A stretch of 64,000 nt of DNA, taken from NCBI GenBank assembly GCA_965637545.1, contig OZ281500.1, forward strand, positions 18,662,001 through 18,726,000, in the 5' to 3' direction. The notes under the pieces are model-generated. The model saw nothing but the letters and a program-made list of their open reading frames with translations. It searched no databases and was not told the origin of the DNA. Made by a program: the position numbers and the translations under genes. The DNA is from Phallusia mammillata. Taxonomy: Eukaryota. Each line of letters starts with the position of its first letter. The stretch's first letter is position 1. Shown piece after piece: positions 61,881 to 64,000 of this stretch.

Positions 61881-62621
61881 CTTAGCAATTAAAGATGTGC
61901 TAATACAGAAATCGTCCTGAACCACGATACTCAACAGACAATTCCAACACAGGTAAAACTTTGAGCACTGTTGAATCAGTCTTGTCTGTGTACTGTATAT
62001 CATATAATGCAAATTCCTATTGATATCGATTTCACCATAAACAACATGCCATCATGTTTTCGGTTTTTGACTTTTTACAAAGTTGTCACAGAAATAGTAC
62101 TTTATTGCCTGCTGTGAGTTCTCCATCAAAAATAAGTTTTCAGTTGTTTGAAAGTATTTGATTATAGGTAAGCTGCAGGTTTCATAAGTGCAGCTGGTGA
62201 CAAGCCATTGATCGTATAGGCCAGGGGTCCGCAAATAGTGGGTCGCGACCCAAATCTGGGTCGCGAGACCTTACAGTCTGGGTCGCGAAATATTTCAATA
62301 TTTCCCATGAATATAAACATCGCATCTACAGTATTAATGAACTTCGTTTTTTTTTCAAACTTTCAATTATTATTGCATTGTTACATATAACTACGTAACT
62401 GTTACATACAGTCTATGTAACAATGCAATAAGTTAAGTGCACCTATGCAAGGAGCCATGCGTTTTCTGCACTACCTTGTAATAAAAGCAAATACAGATCA
62501 AGACTCGAAGTAGACAACGATCTTTTGCTTGCCGTCTCTCAAAATAAACTTTGAATTGATTTGTTTTGTTCTTAACACAGAACCCACCGTTCTCATTTGT
62601 TACAATAAATACGTTCGTTTA

Positions 62622-63581
62622 CCGTATTTACTCTATTGCAGTGGTTCTTAACCTTATTATCACGGCCGAACCCCTACGATATTCTTCAGCCTTTGGTCGA
62701 ACCCTAATAAGTTACACACTGGATTTTTAAACCATTTTGTTTTGTGTGTAACATTTAGCTTTTGACCCAACATAGTGGCAACAGTTACTGTTTGTCATTT
62801 TGTTAAATTCTGACATAATAATACAAGCAACTTGTTTCAGGATTGCGGTAATTCCGGCAATTTTTAGTTTTTATCAAAATGAAGCATTGTATTTTAGCAA
62901 CTGCACACAAACATGAAAAAATGAAGTAATAAGTTTTGCTGTCAACAAAGTTTCGTTGTTTTGCTGCGTACAAACAACGCGCACAATGCTCTTTGATACG
63001 TCACAAAAAATAGAAAACAAAACCTCAGTGAAATCTTCAAATGTTTGATATTTAGCAAATATTTTTTTAGCGACCACAGAACCTTAAAGTTTGACTGAAA
63101 CGAGTAGTTATACTCCAAAAGACCTTCGTCGAACCCCTGGATCAGCGTTGCCGAACCCCGGTTAAGAACCACTGCTCTATTGCAAGCCGTCCTCGTTTAT
63201 AAGCCGTCCTCGATTATAAGCCGCATGTTGAGGTATCAAAAAAGTAATGTAAGACGCCCTCGATTGTAAGCCGCACGCTGGGATGTTAGATAGTATTGCT
63301 TCATCATAAATCATGTTGCTACGTAGTACAACTTTTTGCCCATGTTTGTTAGTCACGTTAACAATTGTACCCAACGAAACGTATATCGACGTATAATTAA
63401 TCTGTACATACATATAAGTTTTGAATCCCAAATAAATTAAAAAGTTAAAGTGTGGAAACAATACCGGTATAAAATAAAAATTTAAGCCGCCCTTGATCGT
63501 AAACCGCCTCCGATTACAAAGCCGCACAAACTGCAGGTAGAAAAACAATATAAGCCGCGGGTTACAATCGAGTAAATACGG
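62622..63581. mobile_element. Tc1/mariner (pogo/Tigger-like) MITE, nested
   Basis: TA|CCGTATTTACTC...GAGTAAATACGG|TA; internal TAAGCCGC repeats. Confidence 0.8.
62639..63174. mobile_element. hAT-type MITE, innermost nested element
   Basis: TIRs CAGTGGTTCTTAACC...GGTTAAGAACCACTG; perfect TSD CTCTATTG. Confidence 0.9.
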
Positions 63582-64000
63582 TACCTACTGTTTTATGTGA
63601 AAAAAGCAACTGACAATAGCATATAACAGTCCTAGTATTGATATTTAGTTGCTTAGTATTTTCCACAAACTTACATGCTAACAAAATGGTTGGGTCGCGA
63701 GAATTTAGAGGAATTTTTGTAGGGTCGCGCCAAAAAGTATTTGCGGACCCCTGGTATAGGCCAGTGTATATAGCTACATCACGACACACTTATAGCAGTA
63801 ACAGCCTAAAAAGTCATTGTAGATCGAAACAGTGATCGTTGTTTGCAACTTGTAGACATATGCTCCTTTGTATTTCCTAAAACTAGTCCGCCTACTCTCT
63901 GGTACATGCTTTTTGGTGACTTGTCTTGATGATTGATGACACAAGCGATTGTTGAAACGAATGCATTGTGATCAGTGGTGGAATTCAAATTTTTTGTCAG

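Larger units (their letters stand above)
62222..63753. mobile_element. hAT-type MITE (outer element of a triple nest)
   Basis: TIRs CAGGGGTCCGCAAATA...TATTTGCGGACCCCTG; perfect TSD GTATAGGC; empty paralogous site at ~55015-55022. Confidence 0.9.
43885..63960. repeat. Tandem segmental duplication array (several-kb units carrying family B genes)
   Basis: Recurring non-coding blocks, e.g. AAGTCCACCTACTCT at ~46055, 51520, 55133, 58368, 63884, and TCATAGATAACTG at ~46793, 50343, 52305, 57944. Confidence 0.85.

Overview
AT-rich eukaryotic DNA with GT-AG introns and many MITEs, most likely from a compact-genome marine invertebrate (a tunicate is a guess). There are no prokaryotic operons, CRISPR arrays or recognisable RNA genes. 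The window is dominated by two adjacent minus-strand tandem arrays of small membrane-protein genes that I cannot assign to a named family. The ORF track only half captures them, because each gene has a tiny first coding exon joined by a phase-1 intron. Array A (2.3-39.5 kb, 10 copies, one frameshifted) typically encodes a short, often acidic N-terminus, a Cys-flanked hydrophobic segment with a P-F/L-Y-L-I/L-Y core, and interchangeable tails: PPxY motifs, a DG/NG-turn beta-hairpin ending in VATVSERV, xQx tripeptide repeats, or a long PEST tail with YDxP/YxN motifs. Array B (46.9-59.6 kb, 4 intact copies and 2 deletion remnants) encodes Gly-rich two-helix membrane proteins. An intact, apparently young Ty1/copia (GalEa-like) LTR retrotransposon (22408-27038, 245-bp LTRs, AGTAC TSD) lies just 3' of the frameshifted A copy. 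More than a dozen hAT-type MITEs and one pogo-like MITE are present, including a triple nest. Gene models were derived by hand from splice signals and reading phase and need transcript confirmation.
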